32,000 bases of DNA from positions 10,954 to 42,953 of the forward strand of contig NZ_CP177130.1 in NCBI RefSeq assembly GCF_046736035.1, read 5' to 3'. How positions within the stretch are numbered: the first letter of the stretch is position 1; every line of letters begins with the position of its first letter. The DNA is from Salinicoccus sp. HZC-1 (GTDB taxonomy: Bacteria > Bacillota > Bacilli > Staphylococcales > Salinicoccaceae). Below are positions 1-13,411 of this stretch, piece by piece. The notes beneath the pieces are model-generated. The model was not told where the DNA came from. It saw only the letters and a program-made list of their open reading frames with translations, and did not search any database. Made by a program: the position numbers and the translations under genes.

Positions 1-2
1 TT

Positions 3-1580
3 TATAATAACCTGGATCCTGAAGTGGCTGAACGGCCTGAAGATCTTGTCGTTTATGGGGGAATCGGCAAGGCTGCACGGAACTGGGAATCTTTCGAAGC
101 AATCGAAAATACTTTGCGCAATCTGGAAAAGGATGAAACGATGCTTATCCAGTCAGGCAAACCGGTTGCGGTATTCAAAACGCATGAAGAGGCGCCGCGT
201 GTCTTATTATCAAACTCGGTGCTGGTACCCAAGTGGGCGACCTGGGAACATTTCAACGAGCTCGATAAAAAAGGTCTGATGATGTACGGGCAGATGACTG
301 CAGGAAGCTGGATCTACATCGGTTCCCAGGGAATCGTCCAGGGAACTTATGAAACGTTTGCCGAACTTGCGAATCAAAATTACGATGGTTCCCTTAAAGG
401 AACGATTACCCTGACTGCCGGACTCGGCGGCATGGGCGGTGCACAGCCGCTGGCCGTGACAATGAATGAAGGGGTCGCAATATGTGTGGATGTCGACCCG
501 AAAAGCATTCAAAAGCGTCTGGATACAAAATACCTGGATACGAAAACAGAATCACTCGATGAAGCGTTGAAGATGGCTGAAGAAGCACGCGATAGAGGCG
601 AAGCTCTATCCATCGGTCTTTTGGGAAATGCGGCTGAAATCCATCATGAGATTTTAAGACGCGGATTCAAAATTGACGTTGTTACCGATCAGACGTCCGC
701 GCATGACCCGCTCAACGGTTATGTGCCCGAAGGTTACAGCCTGGAGGAAGCGGCGCAACTCCGGGAAGCGGATTCTGTTGAATATGTTAAATTGTCTTCA
801 AGGTCCATGGCTAAACATGTGGACGCGATGCTTGAATTCCAAAAGAACGGTTCTGTCGTATTTGATTACGGCAACAATATCCGTCAGGTGGCATTCGATG
901 ATGGCGTCGAAAATGCATTCGATTTCCCCGGATTCGTACCGGCATATATCCGGCCGCTGTTCTGTGAAGGCAAAGGCCCTTTCCGCTTTGCGGCATTGAG
1001 CGGTGACCCGAAAGATATCGAAGTGGCGGATGGGAAGATGCGCGAACTCTTCCCGGAAAATGAAAAGCTTTTGAGATGGCTCGATATGGCCCAGGAGAAA
1101 ATAGCTTTCCAGGGACTGCCTTCAAGAATCGCATGGCTCGGCTACGGTGAACGTGCAAAGATGGGACTGGCATTGAATGAGCTTGTAGCAAACGGTGAAA
1201 TTTCAGCGCCGGTTGTCATCGGACGGGATCACCTGGACAGCGGTTCTGTTGCGAGTCCGAACCGTGAAACGGAAAGCATGAAAGACGGCAGTGACGCAGT
1301 CGGTGACTGGGCGATCCTGAACGCACTCGTGAATACTGCTGCAGGCGGTTCATGGATCAGCGTACACCATGGCGGCGGTGTCGGCATGGGATACTCACTG
1401 CACGCCGGTATGGTCGTTGTAGCGGACGGCACAGATAACGCAAAGCGCCGTCTGGAGCGAGTACTTACAAGTGATCCGGGTATGGGTATCGTGAGACATG
1501 CGGATGCAGGTTATGATACCGCGATTGAAACGGCGAAAGAGAAAGGCGTCAATATGCCAATGTTAAAGGAGAATCAATAA
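3..1580 (+). CDS. hutU: urocanate hydratase (urocanase), 5'-truncated by the window edge
   Basis: The frame is open from nt 3 with no upstream stop. The translation [27 protein letters not shown]...GGGVGMGYS is urocanase-like. The ORF-track Met at 24 is internal, because full-length urocanases are about 550 aa. Confidence 0.93.
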   Translation, partial: YNNLDPEVAERPEDLVVYGGIGKAARNWESFEAIENTLRNLEKDETMLIQSGKPVAVFKTHEEAPRVLLSNSVLVPKWATWEHFNELDKKGLMMYGQMTAGSWIYIGSQGIVQGTYETFAELANQNYDGSLKGTITLTAGLGGMGGAQPLAVTMNEGVAICVDVDPKSIQKRLDTKYLDTKTESLDEALKMAEEARDRGEALSIGLLGNAAEIHHEILRRGFKIDVVTDQTSAHDPLNGYVPEGYSLEEAAQLREADSVEYVKLSSRSMAKHVDAMLEFQKNGSVVFDYGNNIRQVAFDDGVENAFDFPGFVPAYIRPLFCEGKGPFRFAALSGDPKDIEVADGKMRELFPENEKLLRWLDMAQEKIAFQGLPSRIAWLGYGERAKMGLALNELVANGEISAPVVIGRDHLDSGSVASPNRETESMKDGSDAVGDWAILNALVNTAAGGSWISVHHGGGVGMGYSLHAGMVVVADGTDNAKRRLERVLTSDPGMGIVRHADAGYDTAIETAKEKGVNMPMLKENQ

Positions 1581-2812
1581 TGAACGATACAATGATTAAA
1601 AATATCAAATCACTCATCCTTCCGAAAAAGACGGATAAACCTTTAAAAGGGAAAGAGATGGATGATCTTGAAGTTGTAGATGATGCAATGGTTGTAATCG
1701 ACGGCGGCAGAGTCGTATATGCGGGTGCAGAGACGGACGAATACGATGCAAAAGAGACAATCGATGCCAAAGGTATGATCGTCTCCCCTGCTCTTGTCGA
1801 TCCACATACACATGTGGTCCACGGCGGTTCCCGTGAACATGAGATGGCGTTAAAGCGCCAGGGTGTGGATTACCTGACGATACTTGAAAAAGGCGGCGGT
1901 ATCCTGAATACTGTCGAACAGACAAGAAAAGCGACGCATGAAGAGCTGTTTGAAAAAGCATCCAAAAATATAGTGCGTATGGTCCAGCACGGTGTGCTTA
2001 CCGTTGAAAGTAAAAGCGGCTATGGTCTGAACCGTGAAAATGAATTGAAACAGCTCAATGTTTCCCGGGAAATAGCAGAGAATTTCCCGATTGAAATGAA
2101 ACATACATTCCTTGGACCGCATGCGATTCCAAAAGGTACAGACAGTGAAACATTTTTGAATGAAATGATTGATTTGCTGGACGAAGTAAAGGATATTTCG
2201 GATTTTGCGGATATCTTCTGTGAAACAGGTGTATTTACTATCGAGCAATCCAGAAGATATATGGAAGCGGCGAATGAAAAAGGCATGCGTGTGAAAATCC
2301 ATGCAGACGAAATCGATCCGCTGGGCGGTCTGGAACTGGCGATTGAACAAAATGCAATCAGTGCCGATCATCTGGTTGCTGCCAGCCACACAGGCAAATC
2401 AATGCTCAAAGATTCGGCCACAGTGGCAGTGCTTCTCCCCGGAACGACATTCTATCTTGGAAAAGACCAGTTTGCCGACGCCCGCGGGATACTTGATAAC
2501 GATGGCGCCGTCAGCCTGGCCACAGACTATAACCCGGGCAGCTGTGTAACGGATAATCTGCAGATGATCATGGCCATTGCAGGATTGAAGCTTAAGATGA
2601 CGCCGAATGAAATCTGGAACGCAGTGACAGTCAATGCTGCACATGCAATCGGTTCTGAACGCGGCACGCTCGCTGAAGGCGATGCGGCGAACCTCGTGAT
2701 CTGGGATGCACCGAATCATGAATATATTCCGTATCACTATGGCGTAAATCATGCCCATACGGTTATTGCGGATGGAGAAGTGGTTTATGTACGTCCGGGC
2801 CTTCTGGTATAA
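1580..2812 (+). CDS. hutI: imidazolonepropionase
   Basis: 410 aa with amidohydrolase metal motifs [10 protein letters not shown] and KIHADE. The ATG shares one nucleotide with the hutU stop (TAATG), and it sits next to hutU. Confidence 0.92.
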   Translation: MNDTMIKNIKSLILPKKTDKPLKGKEMDDLEVVDDAMVVIDGGRVVYAGAETDEYDAKETIDAKGMIVSPALVDPHTHVVHGGSREHEMALKRQGVDYLTILEKGGGILNTVEQTRKATHEELFEKASKNIVRMVQHGVLTVESKSGYGLNRENELKQLNVSREIAENFPIEMKHTFLGPHAIPKGTDSETFLNEMIDLLDEVKDISDFADIFCETGVFTIEQSRRYMEAANEKGMRVKIHADEIDPLGGLELAIEQNAISADHLVAASHTGKSMLKDSATVAVLLPGTTFYLGKDQFADARGILDNDGAVSLATDYNPGSCVTDNLQMIMAIAGLKLKMTPNEIWNAVTVNAAHAIGSERGTLAEGDAANLVIWDAPNHEYIPYHYGVNHAHTVIADGEVVYVRPGLLV

Positions 2813-2832
2813 GCCCGGGCCCTTGCCTTTTT
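2793..2832 (+). terminator. possible hutI terminator
   Basis: GTCCGGGC (2793-2800) pairs with GCCCGGGC (2813-2820), including one G-U pair, around a 12-nt loop. A T-run follows a few nt downstream (CCTTGCCTTTTT). The geometry is imperfect. Confidence 0.4.
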
Positions 2833-2859
2833 AGGTTATTCATATTAAAATGATTAATA

Positions 2860-4390
<1,531 letters not shown>

Positions 4391-4449
4391 TAGTAGTATT
4401 GGATGCTCCTATTCATTTAGGAGCTTTATTTAATGGTTGGAGGAATGAA

Positions 4450-5373
4450 ATGTTGAATAATAAAGTTTCGTTGCTTCAAATGTTGCTCGCTCTTTTGATG
4501 GTGTTTGTGTTTATCACTTTAACCGACATCAGCTTATTCCTGGGCGCAGTAATTTTACCCTTTACCTTGTATTTCCTGGTAAAATTGAAGCATGAGTCGA
4601 ACTATCATTTTTGGCTGACCTTTGTCAGCTTTCTTATACCCGCGGTGATCCTTTTATCGGTCACTGTCTGGATGTGGTATTTACTGCTCTATATACTCGC
4701 AGTTGTGCTGCACCATACACTTAAGCAAAACCTGTCACAGGAAGTTACAATCTTTTACGTGACAGCCGCATTGATGCTCGGCACTCTCGGCGGATTGAAT
4801 ATCATGCAGTCGACAGGCATGATTCAGCCGCTGTCCAACGTTTACATGAATTTCCGTAACTGGTACATGGAACAGATTGAGTTATATGGCAATTTTGCAG
4901 CAACGCCAATGGATATTGATCTCATCAGACAGGCGCTCGATCAGATGTTCATTAATCTGCCTGCGTATATCACGCTGATTTCATTCGTTCTGGCATTGTA
5001 TATCGTACTGATGCTGCGCCTCGTCCTTAAGTCCTCACCTGTTAAGCTGTGGGAGTATCGTTCGTTTAAATATTGGATTTTCCCGCGGTTCTTACTATAT
5101 TTATATTTACTTTTATTTATAGTATCATTCTTTACAACCGAAGGAACGACGTTCTTCTCAACGGTGAGTAACATGATTATTGTTTTGGAATGGATATTAT
5201 ATATACATGGTCTAAGTTTCGCCTACTATTTCTTCAGGGAAAAGAATCTGCATAAGGCGGTCTCCATTCTGCTGCTTATTCCTTTAATCATCCTGAAACC
5301 ATTAACATTATTAATCGGTGTATTTGAAATGATCTTCAGAATAAGGACAATATTAGAACTTAAAAGGAAGTGA
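4450..5373 (+). CDS. yybS: YybS-family polytopic membrane protein (DUF2232-like)
   Basis: Multiple hydrophobic helices. It lies immediately upstream of gdpP, as yybS-yybT does in Bacillus. The start is placed at ATG 4450, preceded by GGAGG; the ORF-track start at 4399 is a TTG without an RBS. Confidence 0.7.
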   Translation: MLNNKVSLLQMLLALLMVFVFITLTDISLFLGAVILPFTLYFLVKLKHESNYHFWLTFVSFLIPAVILLSVTVWMWYLLLYILAVVLHHTLKQNLSQEVTIFYVTAALMLGTLGGLNIMQSTGMIQPLSNVYMNFRNWYMEQIELYGNFAATPMDIDLIRQALDQMFINLPAYITLISFVLALYIVLMLRLVLKSSPVKLWEYRSFKYWIFPRFLLYLYLLLFIVSFFTTEGTTFFSTVSNMIIVLEWILYIHGLSFAYYFFREKNLHKAVSILLLIPLIILKPLTLLIGVFEMIFRIRTILELKRK

Positions 5374-7355
5374 TGATGATGTACAACGTGCTGGATAAAA
5401 AAATGATATTTATACCCTTTGGTATTGCAGCGTTTCATATTCTTGTAATGAATATATTCATAACGGTTAATCATTTTAATACCGGCCTGTTATTCCTGGT
5501 TGTCAGCATCATCCTTTTAACATTGTTGTTTTTGTACCTTTACCGCTCACTCACTGTGAGTGAGATCAGGTTCAGACAGATGGTTCTTGATGTGGCAGGG
5601 AGTAAACAATATGCCATAGACAATCTGCCGATGGGGCTCATTTTACTCAACAATGACGATGAAATTGAATGGATGAACGATCATATCACCAATGTAATTT
5701 CTGTTGATAATATAAACGAACCGATCAACAGACTGTTCCCGAATATCATGACAACGCTCAAAGCGAACAATATTCAAATGACGGAATCGTCTTATAATGA
5801 TCATCATTATAAAATTTACTGGGATGAAAAGCATCAGGCGCTGCATCTGCTTGATATTACAAACCAGCGCAATCGTGAAGATGAATTGGAAGCTAAACAG
5901 CCGGTTATAGGAATTCTGTTCCTGGATAACTATGATGATGTCACCCAGAATATGAGTGAAGCAGTGAAAAGTGAGCTCAATAATTCGATTACAAATACAA
6001 TCAATGATTGGGCGAACCGCCATCATATCTATATCCGCAGATTTTCCCAGGACAGATTCATCATTGTACTGAACAGTAAAAGCCTGAAAGAAATCGAAGC
6101 GACGCGCTTTAACCTTCTGGACGAGATCAGGGACCGCTCCCAGGCAATCGGGGCACAGATTACACTGAGCATCGGGATTGGTGAGGGCTCTGATGACTAT
6201 ATCGAAGTCGGAGACCTTGCACAGTCCAGTCTAGATCTGGCTCTTGGACGCGGCGGAGACCAGGTTTCCATCAAAGCTGTAAACGGCAATGCCCGTTTCT
6301 ACGGCGGGAAAACGGATCCGATGGAAAAACGGACACGCGTCAAAGCCCGTGTTATCTCCCATGCATTACGGGATATTTTGCTTGAAGGCGACAATGTTCT
6401 GATCATGGGGCATAAACACCCGGATATGGATGCGCTCGGCTCTGCGATTGGTGTTGCCAGAATCGCAACGATGAACGGCATCAAAGCGAATATCGTGTTA
6501 AACGATGAGGATGTCGATGACACCCTGCAGCGCATGTTCAAGGAAGTTCAGGAACGTGAGGAGCTTATGAATCTCTTCGTTACTTCCGAAGAGGCATGGG
6601 AACTGATGTCCACTAAGACGACAGTAGTCGTTGTAGATACACACAGACCAAGTATGGTGCTTGATGAAGTCCTATTAAACAAAGCGACGCGCAAAGTGAT
6701 TATCGATCACCACAGGCGTGCTGATGACTTCATCTCGAGTCCCCTGCTCGTCTATATGGAGCCTTATGCTTCCAGTGCAAGTGAGCTTGTAGCTGAATTG
6801 CTTGAATACCAGAATAAAGAGCAGAAGCTGTCCCGTCTTGAAGCGACAATCATGCTTACGGGGATCATCGTCGATACGCGCAACTATACATTGCGTACGG
6901 GGTCAAGAACATTTGATGCAGCAAGCTTCCTGAGAAGCAACGGCGCCGATCCGGTGCTTGCACAAAAGTTCCTGAAAGATGATATCGATACGTATATCGC
7001 CCGCAGTGATTTGATTAAATCTGCAGAAATCATGGACAATGGAATGGCAATCGTCAAGGCGGATCCTTCCATGACGTATCATCCCGTGACTGTTGCCCAG
7101 GCAGCCGATCAGCTGCTTCAAATTGAAGGCGTCAAAGCGTCGTTTGTCATGGCAATAAGGGAAGATGAATCCATCGGTATTTCAGCGCGCTCACTTGGTG
7201 AAATCAACGTGCAGATAGTGATGGAATCATTGGGCGGCGGCGGCCATCTGTCCAATGCCGCTACACGTGTTACAGACAAAACTATGGACGAATTGTATGA
7301 TGATCTAATCGATGCAATCGATGAAGTACTTGATAATAGGAGTGAAGAGGAATGA
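5370..7355 (+). CDS. gdpP: cyclic-di-AMP phosphodiesterase GdpP (TM-PAS-degenerate GGDEF-DHH/DHHA1)
   Basis: 661 aa with two N-terminal TM helices, a DHH motif ([12 protein letters not shown]), IIDHHR, and a DHHA1 GGGGH motif near the C-terminus. The exact start among GTG 5370 and ATG 5373/5376/5379 is uncertain. Confidence 0.9.
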   Translation: MMMMYNVLDKKMIFIPFGIAAFHILVMNIFITVNHFNTGLLFLVVSIILLTLLFLYLYRSLTVSEIRFRQMVLDVAGSKQYAIDNLPMGLILLNNDDEIEWMNDHITNVISVDNINEPINRLFPNIMTTLKANNIQMTESSYNDHHYKIYWDEKHQALHLLDITNQRNREDELEAKQPVIGILFLDNYDDVTQNMSEAVKSELNNSITNTINDWANRHHIYIRRFSQDRFIIVLNSKSLKEIEATRFNLLDEIRDRSQAIGAQITLSIGIGEGSDDYIEVGDLAQSSLDLALGRGGDQVSIKAVNGNARFYGGKTDPMEKRTRVKARVISHALRDILLEGDNVLIMGHKHPDMDALGSAIGVARIATMNGIKANIVLNDEDVDDTLQRMFKEVQEREELMNLFVTSEEAWELMSTKTTVVVVDTHRPSMVLDEVLLNKATRKVIIDHHRRADDFISSPLLVYMEPYASSASELVAELLEYQNKEQKLSRLEATIMLTGIIVDTRNYTLRTGSRTFDAASFLRSNGADPVLAQKFLKDDIDTYIARSDLIKSAEIMDNGMAIVKADPSMTYHPVTVAQAADQLLQIEGVKASFVMAIREDESIGISARSLGEINVQIVMESLGGGGHLSNAATRVTDKTMDELYDDLIDAIDEVLDNRSEEE

Positions 7356-7798
7356 AAGTAATTTTTCTAAGTGACGTTAAGAACAAAGGTAATAAAGGCG
7401 ACGTTAAGGAAGTGGCCAACGGCTATGCACAAAACTACTTGCTTAAAAACGGTCTTGCTGAAGAAGCGACACCGAGCAACCTTAAAAAGCTAAAAGAACA
7501 GCAGGATGCCGTTGCCGCTGCAGCCGAACAGAAACTGGAAGATGCAAAAGTGCTTAAAGAAGAAATAGAAGGAAAAGAAGTTGAAATCAAAACAAAATCC
7601 GGTGATGACGGAAGATTATTTGGTTCCATCAGTTCTAAACAAGTCGCAGAGGCTTATGAGAAACAACACGGCATTAAGCTGGATAAAAGAAAAATCGATA
7701 TGTCCCAGCCGCTGAAAAGTCTTGGTTATCACAAAATGGAAGTTAAACTCCATCAGGACGTAACAGCGACAGTCAAAGTTCATGTTATTGAACAATAG
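7352..7798 (+). CDS. rplI: 50S ribosomal protein L9
   Basis: 148 aa beginning [21 protein letters not shown], a typical L9 N-terminus. The ATGA overlaps the gdpP stop. Confidence 0.95.
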   Translation: MKVIFLSDVKNKGNKGDVKEVANGYAQNYLLKNGLAEEATPSNLKKLKEQQDAVAAAAEQKLEDAKVLKEEIEGKEVEIKTKSGDDGRLFGSISSKQVAEAYEKQHGIKLDKRKIDMSQPLKSLGYHKMEVKLHQDVTATVKVHVIEQ

Positions 7799-7819
7799 AG
7801 TAATAAGGAGGGATTGATT

Positions 7820-9208
7820 TTGGAGATACATCAGCAGATGCCGCACAATATGGAAGCGGAACAGTCTGTTCTCGGTGCCATACTGATCAATCCCGAAATC
7901 TTTATTTCCACTGCAGAAACATTGGACCCTGAAGATTTCTACCGAAGAGAACATCAGAATATTTACCGTGCAATGGGCATTTTAAGTGAAAATCATGAAA
8001 ATATTGACGTAGTCACGCTTATCGATCAGCTGAAAAGCATGGAACAGCTCAATTCAATCGGTGGTCCGCGCTATCTCGTGGAGCTTTCCAACGTGGTGCC
8101 GACAAGCCGAAACATCGGATTCTATGTGAACATCGTTGCGAAGTACTCCCTTAAGAGAACATTGATAAAAACCGCTGAAGATATCGCGAATGAAGGATTT
8201 TCCGAGGAAATAGATGTTGAGGATCTGCTTACAGAAGCAGAAGCAAAAATCATGTCCATTTCAGAAAGCCGCAGAAATGAAGGCTTTAAGTCGATGAAAT
8301 CCGTAGTGCACGAAGTCTATGAGCAAGTCGAGGCGCGTGCAGGCCAGACAACAACTACAACAGGAATTCCTACCGGCTACCGGGACCTGGATTTCATGAC
8401 ATCCGGATTCAACCGTAACGACCTGATCATACTTGCTGCCCGCCCTTCCATGGGTAAGACGGCATTTGCATTGAATATCGCAGGTCACGTCGGAACGTCC
8501 GCAGACGACTATACTGTTGCCATATTCTCTCTGGAGATGGGTGCAGACCAGCTTGTATCAAGGATGATTTCAAGCCAGGGAATGATCGATGCGACAAAAC
8601 TGCGCCAGGGGAATTTAGGCCATGATGACTGGGATAACTTCACCACCGCCATCGGAAGCCTTGCAGATTCCAAAATCTTCATCGATGATACACCGGGTAT
8701 CCGTGTTAACGATATCCGTTCAAAATGCATGCGCCTCAAACAGGAACATGGACTTGATATGGTCATCATCGATTATCTTCAGCTGATTCAGGGTTCGAGT
8801 AATAAAGGCAGCGATAACCGGCAGCAGGAAGTATCAGAAATATCCAGGATGCTCAAGGCGCTTGCCCGTGAGATGGAATGTCCGGTAATCGCACTGAGCC
8901 AGTTGTCGAGAAGTGTGGAGACCAGGCAGGATAAACGGCCGATGATGAGTGACCTTCGTGAATCAGGCTCCATTGAGCAGGATGCGGATATTGTCGCCTT
9001 CCTGTACCGTGAGGACTATTACGTCCGCGGAGACGGTGAAGATGATGCCGAAGGCGCACAGAAAGAACAGGATGAGATAGAGATTATCCTTGCCAAACAC
9101 CGTAACGGACCGACCGGCACAGTTAAATTGATATTTAACAAATCCTACAGCAGCTTCTTTGACCAGGATAACAGAGGCTACGATGACGGATACATTCCGC
9201 CAAATTAA
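7820..9208 (+). CDS. dnaB: replicative DNA helicase (DnaB family; called DnaC in Bacillus/Staphylococcus nomenclature)
   Basis: The MPHNMEAEQSVLGAIL N-terminal domain and Walker A ARPSMGKTAF are present, together with the IIDYLQLI and SQLSRSVE motifs. The start is probably TTG 7820, 8 nt after GGAGG (7807-7811). The ORF-track start at 7814 or ATG 7838 are alternatives. Confidence 0.93.
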   Translation: MEIHQQMPHNMEAEQSVLGAILINPEIFISTAETLDPEDFYRREHQNIYRAMGILSENHENIDVVTLIDQLKSMEQLNSIGGPRYLVELSNVVPTSRNIGFYVNIVAKYSLKRTLIKTAEDIANEGFSEEIDVEDLLTEAEAKIMSISESRRNEGFKSMKSVVHEVYEQVEARAGQTTTTTGIPTGYRDLDFMTSGFNRNDLIILAARPSMGKTAFALNIAGHVGTSADDYTVAIFSLEMGADQLVSRMISSQGMIDATKLRQGNLGHDDWDNFTTAIGSLADSKIFIDDTPGIRVNDIRSKCMRLKQEHGLDMVIIDYLQLIQGSSNKGSDNRQQEVSEISRMLKALAREMECPVIALSQLSRSVETRQDKRPMMSDLRESGSIEQDADIVAFLYREDYYVRGDGEDDAEGAQKEQDEIEIILAKHRNGPTGTVKLIFNKSYSSFFDQDNRGYDDGYIPPN

Positions 9209-9210
9209 TT

Positions 9211-9249
9211 TACGAATGTTTTTATATATTACATATAAAAACGTTCGTA
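9211..9249. promoter_or_regulatory. near-perfect 39-bp palindrome: paired inverted PurBox-like sites, also the dnaB terminator hairpin
   Basis: The sequence is TACGAATGTTTTTATATAT-T-ACATATAAAAACGTTCGTA followed by TTTTTATT. Each arm contains an A/T-rich ACGAA(T/C) core resembling the B. subtilis PurR PurBox. It sits directly upstream of the purA -35 element. Confidence 0.55.
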
Positions 9250-9255
9250 TTTTTA

Positions 9256-9284
9256 TTGCAATTTTTCCCCGCTATTGATAGAAT
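9256..9284 (+). promoter_or_regulatory. sigma-A-type promoter for purA
   Basis: TTGCAA (9256-9261), a 17-nt spacer, then TAGAAT (9279-9284) with an upstream TG (extended -10). Confidence 0.55.
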
Positions 9285-9322
9285 GGTTACGGTATTTCAA
9301 AGAAGAAATTGGGGGCAATCAA

Positions 9323-10609
9323 ATGTCTGGAACAGTAGTAGTCGGAACACAATGGGGCGACGAAGGTAAAGGTAAAATCACTGACTTTTTATCTGAGGAC
9401 GCCGACATCATTGCACGTTTCTCTGGAGGCAATAACGCAGGTCACACAATACAATTCGGTGGCGAAACATACAAACTTCACCTTGTACCATCAGGGATTT
9501 TCTACGATGATAAAATATCACTGGTCGGAAACGGTGTCGTCATCGACCCACTCTCTCTTATCAAAGAGCTTGATGGATTGATCGAACGCGGCATTTCCGT
9601 TGATAATCTGAGAATTTCAAACCGTGCACAGGTCATCCTCCCTTATCACCTGCTTCAGGATGAATTGGAAGAGGAAGCACGCGGCGAAAACAAAATCGGA
9701 ACAACGAAGCGCGGCATCGGACCGAGCTATGTAGATAAAGTTCAGCGCATTGGTATCCGTATGGCAGACCTTATAGACGACGAAACATTCAGGAAACGGC
9801 TTGAGGAGAACCTCAAGTTAAAGAACCATACGTTTGAAGCCCTTTACAATCGTGAAGGATTCACATTTGATGAAATCTACGAACCATATAAAAAAGCAGC
9901 AGAACGCCTGGCACCATACGTTACAGATACAGCTAAAGTTCTGGATGATGCTTTCACTGATAACGGGAAAGTGCTATTTGAAGGTGCACAGGGAGTAATG
10001 CTGGATATCGACCACGGTACTTACCCGTTCGTTACATCGAGCAACCCTGTTGCCGGCAATGTCACTGTAGGCTGCGGTGTAGGCCCAACGTCTGTTAAAA
10101 ATATTGTCGGTGTATGTAAGGCGTATACTTCAAGAGTTGGAGACGGCCCATTCCCGACAGAATTATTCGATGAGAGCGGAGATCATATCCGTGAAGTTGG
10201 ACGCGAATACGGGACAACGACAGGCCGTGCGAGACGTGTTGGCTGGTTTGACAGTGTTGTTTTACGTCACTCGAGACGTGTCAGCGGAATTACAGATCTT
10301 TCCCTTAATTCAATTGATGTATTGAGCGGCCTGGATACAGTTAAAATCTGTACTGCCTATGAAATCGACGGCAAAGAAATAACAGAATACCCTGCAACAC
10401 TTGATGCACTTAAACGTGCAAAGCCGATATTCAAAGAAATGTCCGGCTGGCATGAAGATATTACAGGCGTAAAACATCTTGAAGATCTGCCGGAAAATGC
10501 GAGAAACTACCTTCACGAAATCGAAAGGTTATCCGGGGTTACAATTTCAATTTTCTCTGTAGGTCCAGATCGCAACCAGACGAATCTTCTTAAAGATTTC
10601 TGGGCATAA
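9323..10609 (+). CDS. purA: adenylosuccinate synthetase
   Basis: Begins [21 protein letters not shown] (P-loop) and contains the GGNNAGHT and [12 protein letters not shown] motifs. The ORF-track start at 9275 adds 16 non-homologous residues, so the start is placed at ATG 9323 (428 aa). Confidence 0.95.
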   Translation: MSGTVVVGTQWGDEGKGKITDFLSEDADIIARFSGGNNAGHTIQFGGETYKLHLVPSGIFYDDKISLVGNGVVIDPLSLIKELDGLIERGISVDNLRISNRAQVILPYHLLQDELEEEARGENKIGTTKRGIGPSYVDKVQRIGIRMADLIDDETFRKRLEENLKLKNHTFEALYNREGFTFDEIYEPYKKAAERLAPYVTDTAKVLDDAFTDNGKVLFEGAQGVMLDIDHGTYPFVTSSNPVAGNVTVGCGVGPTSVKNIVGVCKAYTSRVGDGPFPTELFDESGDHIREVGREYGTTTGRARRVGWFDSVVLRHSRRVSGITDLSLNSIDVLSGLDTVKICTAYEIDGKEITEYPATLDALKRAKPIFKEMSGWHEDITGVKHLEDLPENARNYLHEIERLSGVTISIFSVGPDRNQTNLLKDFWA

Positions 10610-10616
10610 TATAAAG

Positions 10617-10650
10617 AGCTCCACAGGACAAACTCATGTCCTGTGGAGCT
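10617..10650. terminator. bidirectional rho-independent terminator between convergent purA and cysC
   Basis: A perfect 14-bp stem, AGCTCCACAGGACA / TGTCCTGTGGAGCT, with a 6-nt loop. It is followed by TTTTTT on the plus strand and by a T-rich stretch (CTTTATATT) on the minus strand. Confidence 0.85.
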
Positions 10651-10664
10651 TTTTTATAAATGAT

Positions 10665-11264
10665 TTATATATAGCGATTATCCTTCAGATAGGAAATGAT
10701 GGCACCAACAGCTTCATCCACTGTCTGTTTTTCTGTATCGATGACAATTTCAGGGTTTGTAGGTGCTTCATATGGCGCGTTGATACCGGTAAATTCCTTG
10801 ATTTCTCCTGCCCGAGCTTTTTTATAGAGTCCTTTTGGATCGCGTGCTTCACATTCATTCAGGCTGCATTTTGTGTATACTTCGATGAATTCTTTTTCTT
10901 CAAGGATACTTCTTACATAATTACGGTCTTCCTTGTAAGGAGAAATGAAAGCTGTCATTGTCACGATGCCTGCATCAACCATCAGCTTGCCCACCTCACC
11001 AATACGCCGGATATTTTCCTTGCGGTCTTCTGGACTGAAGCCAAGGTTGCTGTTTAGGCCGTGGCGGACATTATCACCATCCAGACGGTAAGAATGGATA
11101 TGCTGTTCATAAAGTGCCTTCTCGAGAGCAACGGAGATGGTTGATTTTCCTGAACCAGAAAATCCTGTGAACCAGATGACGACACTTTTATGGCTGTTCC
11201 GGTCTTGTCTTTCTTCCTTCGTCACTTCTGAATCGTGCCATATAATATTAGTTGATGTATTCAT
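10665..11264 (-). CDS. cysC: adenylylsulfate (APS) kinase
   Basis: P-loop [11 protein letters not shown] and the [11 protein letters not shown] motif are present. The start is placed at the internal Met ([10 protein letters not shown], 199 aa), 4 nt after the sat stop and preceded by AGGAG. The ORF-track extension overlaps sat. Confidence 0.92.
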   Translation of the reverse strand: MNTSTNIIWHDSEVTKEERQDRNSHKSVVIWFTGFSGSGKSTISVALEKALYEQHIHSYRLDGDNVRHGLNSNLGFSPEDRKENIRRIGEVGKLMVDAGIVTMTAFISPYKEDRNYVRSILEEKEFIEVYTKCSLNECEARDPKGLYKKARAGEIKEFTGINAPYEAPTNPEIVIDTEKQTVDEAVGAIISYLKDNRYI

Positions 11265-11268
11265 TTTT

Positions 11269-12462
11269 TCACTCCTGATGAGATAAATTTTTTTGAAGTC
11301 CCTTGATGAGTACGTCTGCAACTTCCGGTCTTGAGAACTCTTTTGGAAGTTGTTCCCCATTGCGCAGTTTTTCCCGTACTTTTGTACCGCTTAAGTGGAC
11401 ATGAGACGATTTATCATGCGGGCAAGTTTTAGCCGTTCCCATGTTTTCACAAGTGACGCAGTAAAATGCATGTTCAAACTTGAATATTTGAATGCCAAGC
11501 TCATCTTCATATTGGGAAATTAATTCCTGTGCTTCATAAGTACCGTAATAATCTCCGACTCCTGCATGGTCCCGTCCGACTATGAAATGAGTGCAGCCGT
11601 AGTTTTTGCGTACGGTAGCATGCAGTATTGATTCCCTCGGCCCTGCGTACCGCATCGCTGCAGGGTAGATGACAAGTCTGGACCTGTCTTCCGGATAGTA
11701 GTATTTGAGTATGGTCTGATAACTTTCCATGCGGACGTCAGCAGGAATATCATCTGATTTGGTCTCACCGACAAGAGGGTTTAAAAGCAGACCATCGACT
11801 GATTCAAGCGCTGCTTTTTGGATGTATTCATGGGCACGGTGGACAGGATTTCTCGTTTGGAAACCGACAACTGTTTTCCATCCGAGATCATAGAACAGTT
11901 TTCTTGTTTCTGAAGGATCCAGGTGAAAATCTTCAAACTCATCATGAGCAGGACGATTTATAAGATGAATCGGACCGGCAAGATAAACGCTGCCTTTTTC
12001 ATATACTCTTTCAACGCCCGGATGATCAACATCTGTAGTTCCGTATACTAGCTTCGCTTCCCTTGCTTTGTCATAAGTATATTTCTCTGCGAGTTCCAGC
12101 ACGCCGTATAGTTTTTTATCCTCCCCGTAAAGTGCGACGCTGGATCCTATTTCAAGGTCTTCCGCAACGTCTTCAGTCACAGGCAGTGTAATCGGGATGC
12201 TCCAGATCAGACCGTTCTCAAGCCGTAAATTTTCAACTACATTTTTATAGTCAGCTTCACCCATAAATCCGGTCAGCGGGCTGAAACCGCCAATTGCAAT
12301 CAATTCTAGATCAGACAGACTCCACGGATTCAATGTGAGTGCGGGGAATGATTTTGCATCTTCTATAAGTTGCTTTTTGAAGTCGCCTTCAGCCTCTCTA
12401 TTAATGAGGTCTCCGCCGTGTGGCTGTACCGTCTGTTCAAGAATTTCTTTTGTTACTGTCAT
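11269..12462 (-). CDS. sat: sulfate adenylyltransferase (ATP sulfurylase)
   Basis: 397 aa with the motifs [13 protein letters not shown] and [12 protein letters not shown]. Confidence 0.93.
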   Translation of the reverse strand: MTVTKEILEQTVQPHGGDLINREAEGDFKKQLIEDAKSFPALTLNPWSLSDLELIAIGGFSPLTGFMGEADYKNVVENLRLENGLIWSIPITLPVTEDVAEDLEIGSSVALYGEDKKLYGVLELAEKYTYDKAREAKLVYGTTDVDHPGVERVYEKGSVYLAGPIHLINRPAHDEFEDFHLDPSETRKLFYDLGWKTVVGFQTRNPVHRAHEYIQKAALESVDGLLLNPLVGETKSDDIPADVRMESYQTILKYYYPEDRSRLVIYPAAMRYAGPRESILHATVRKNYGCTHFIVGRDHAGVGDYYGTYEAQELISQYEDELGIQIFKFEHAFYCVTCENMGTAKTCPHDKSSHVHLSGTKVREKLRNGEQLPKEFSRPEVADVLIKGLQKNLSHQE

Positions 12463-12481
12463 ACTGACACGCTCCTTTAAT

Positions 12482-13390
12482 TTATTGTATTTGTTTTACT
12501 TCGTCAGCCTCCCGGCTCTGAAAACTGAACGGAAGCTTCTTGTTTTGATACAATGTGTAAACAATCAATGCAATCCAGCTCAGAATAATAGCAAGTCTTG
12601 CACTTGTTGAAACAACCGGGTTCTCCACGAAAGCACTAAGCAAAATGCTGCTGTTAGTAAAAATGATTAATCCGCCGACACATACTGCCAAAATATGAAC
12701 AGGCATCACTTTAACAAGCCATGCTGCAAATGGTGCAGCCACAACGCCGCCTAAACCGAGTACGATCACCAATGCCCAGCTGATCTGGCTCCAGCCGAGG
12801 AATATAATGAATCCGAGAGATGCGGAAATGGTTACAAAAAACTCACCCGTTGACACAGTGCCGATGACGTATCTCGGCTCAAGCTTATTGCGGGATAACA
12901 TGAGGGGTGTATTTACCGGCCCCCATCCTCCGCCGCCGATTGCATCGAGAAACCCTGCAACGGCGCCCTGTGGAATCAGAGACAGACTGGAAATCTTTTT
13001 TGTACCGTCCCGTGGTTTATGCTGTCCCTTAAATATGAATTGATATAGTATATAAACGCCCATAGAGAGCAGAAATACAGCGATAAATGGTTTTATAAGT
13101 TCGCTTTGTATATTGCTCAGAAGTGCTGCCCCTATAAATGCCGTTATGGAACCGGGCACAGCCAGCCCGAGCACTAATGACTTATCGATGTTGTTGAATT
13201 TCCAGTGGGATACGCCGGAAGCGGCTGTGGTTGCAATTTGCGAAAAATGAATAGTCGCTGATGCAATCGCTGGCGCGATACCGAATGTCAGTAACAAAGA
13301 GGAGGATGTTGCGCCGAATCCCATCCCAAGCGACCCGTCTATTAATTGGGCAAAAAAACCAACGAGTGCAAATATAATCAGTTTTTGCAT
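12482..13390 (-). CDS. TauE/SafE-family anion permease, likely the sulfate/sulfite transporter of the operon
   Basis: 302 aa with about 8 hydrophobic helices and glycine-rich repeats ([16 protein letters not shown]) typical of TauE/SafE. Substrate is inferred only from the operon context. Confidence 0.7.
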   Translation of the reverse strand: MQKLIIFALVGFFAQLIDGSLGMGFGATSSSLLLTFGIAPAIASATIHFSQIATTAASGVSHWKFNNIDKSLVLGLAVPGSITAFIGAALLSNIQSELIKPFIAVFLLSMGVYILYQFIFKGQHKPRDGTKKISSLSLIPQGAVAGFLDAIGGGGWGPVNTPLMLSRNKLEPRYVIGTVSTGEFFVTISASLGFIIFLGWSQISWALVIVLGLGGVVAAPFAAWLVKVMPVHILAVCVGGLIIFTNSSILLSAFVENPVVSTSARLAIILSWIALIVYTLYQNKKLPFSFQSREADEVKQIQ

Positions 13391-13411
13391 GCCTGCTCCC
13401 TCCCCTCATGT

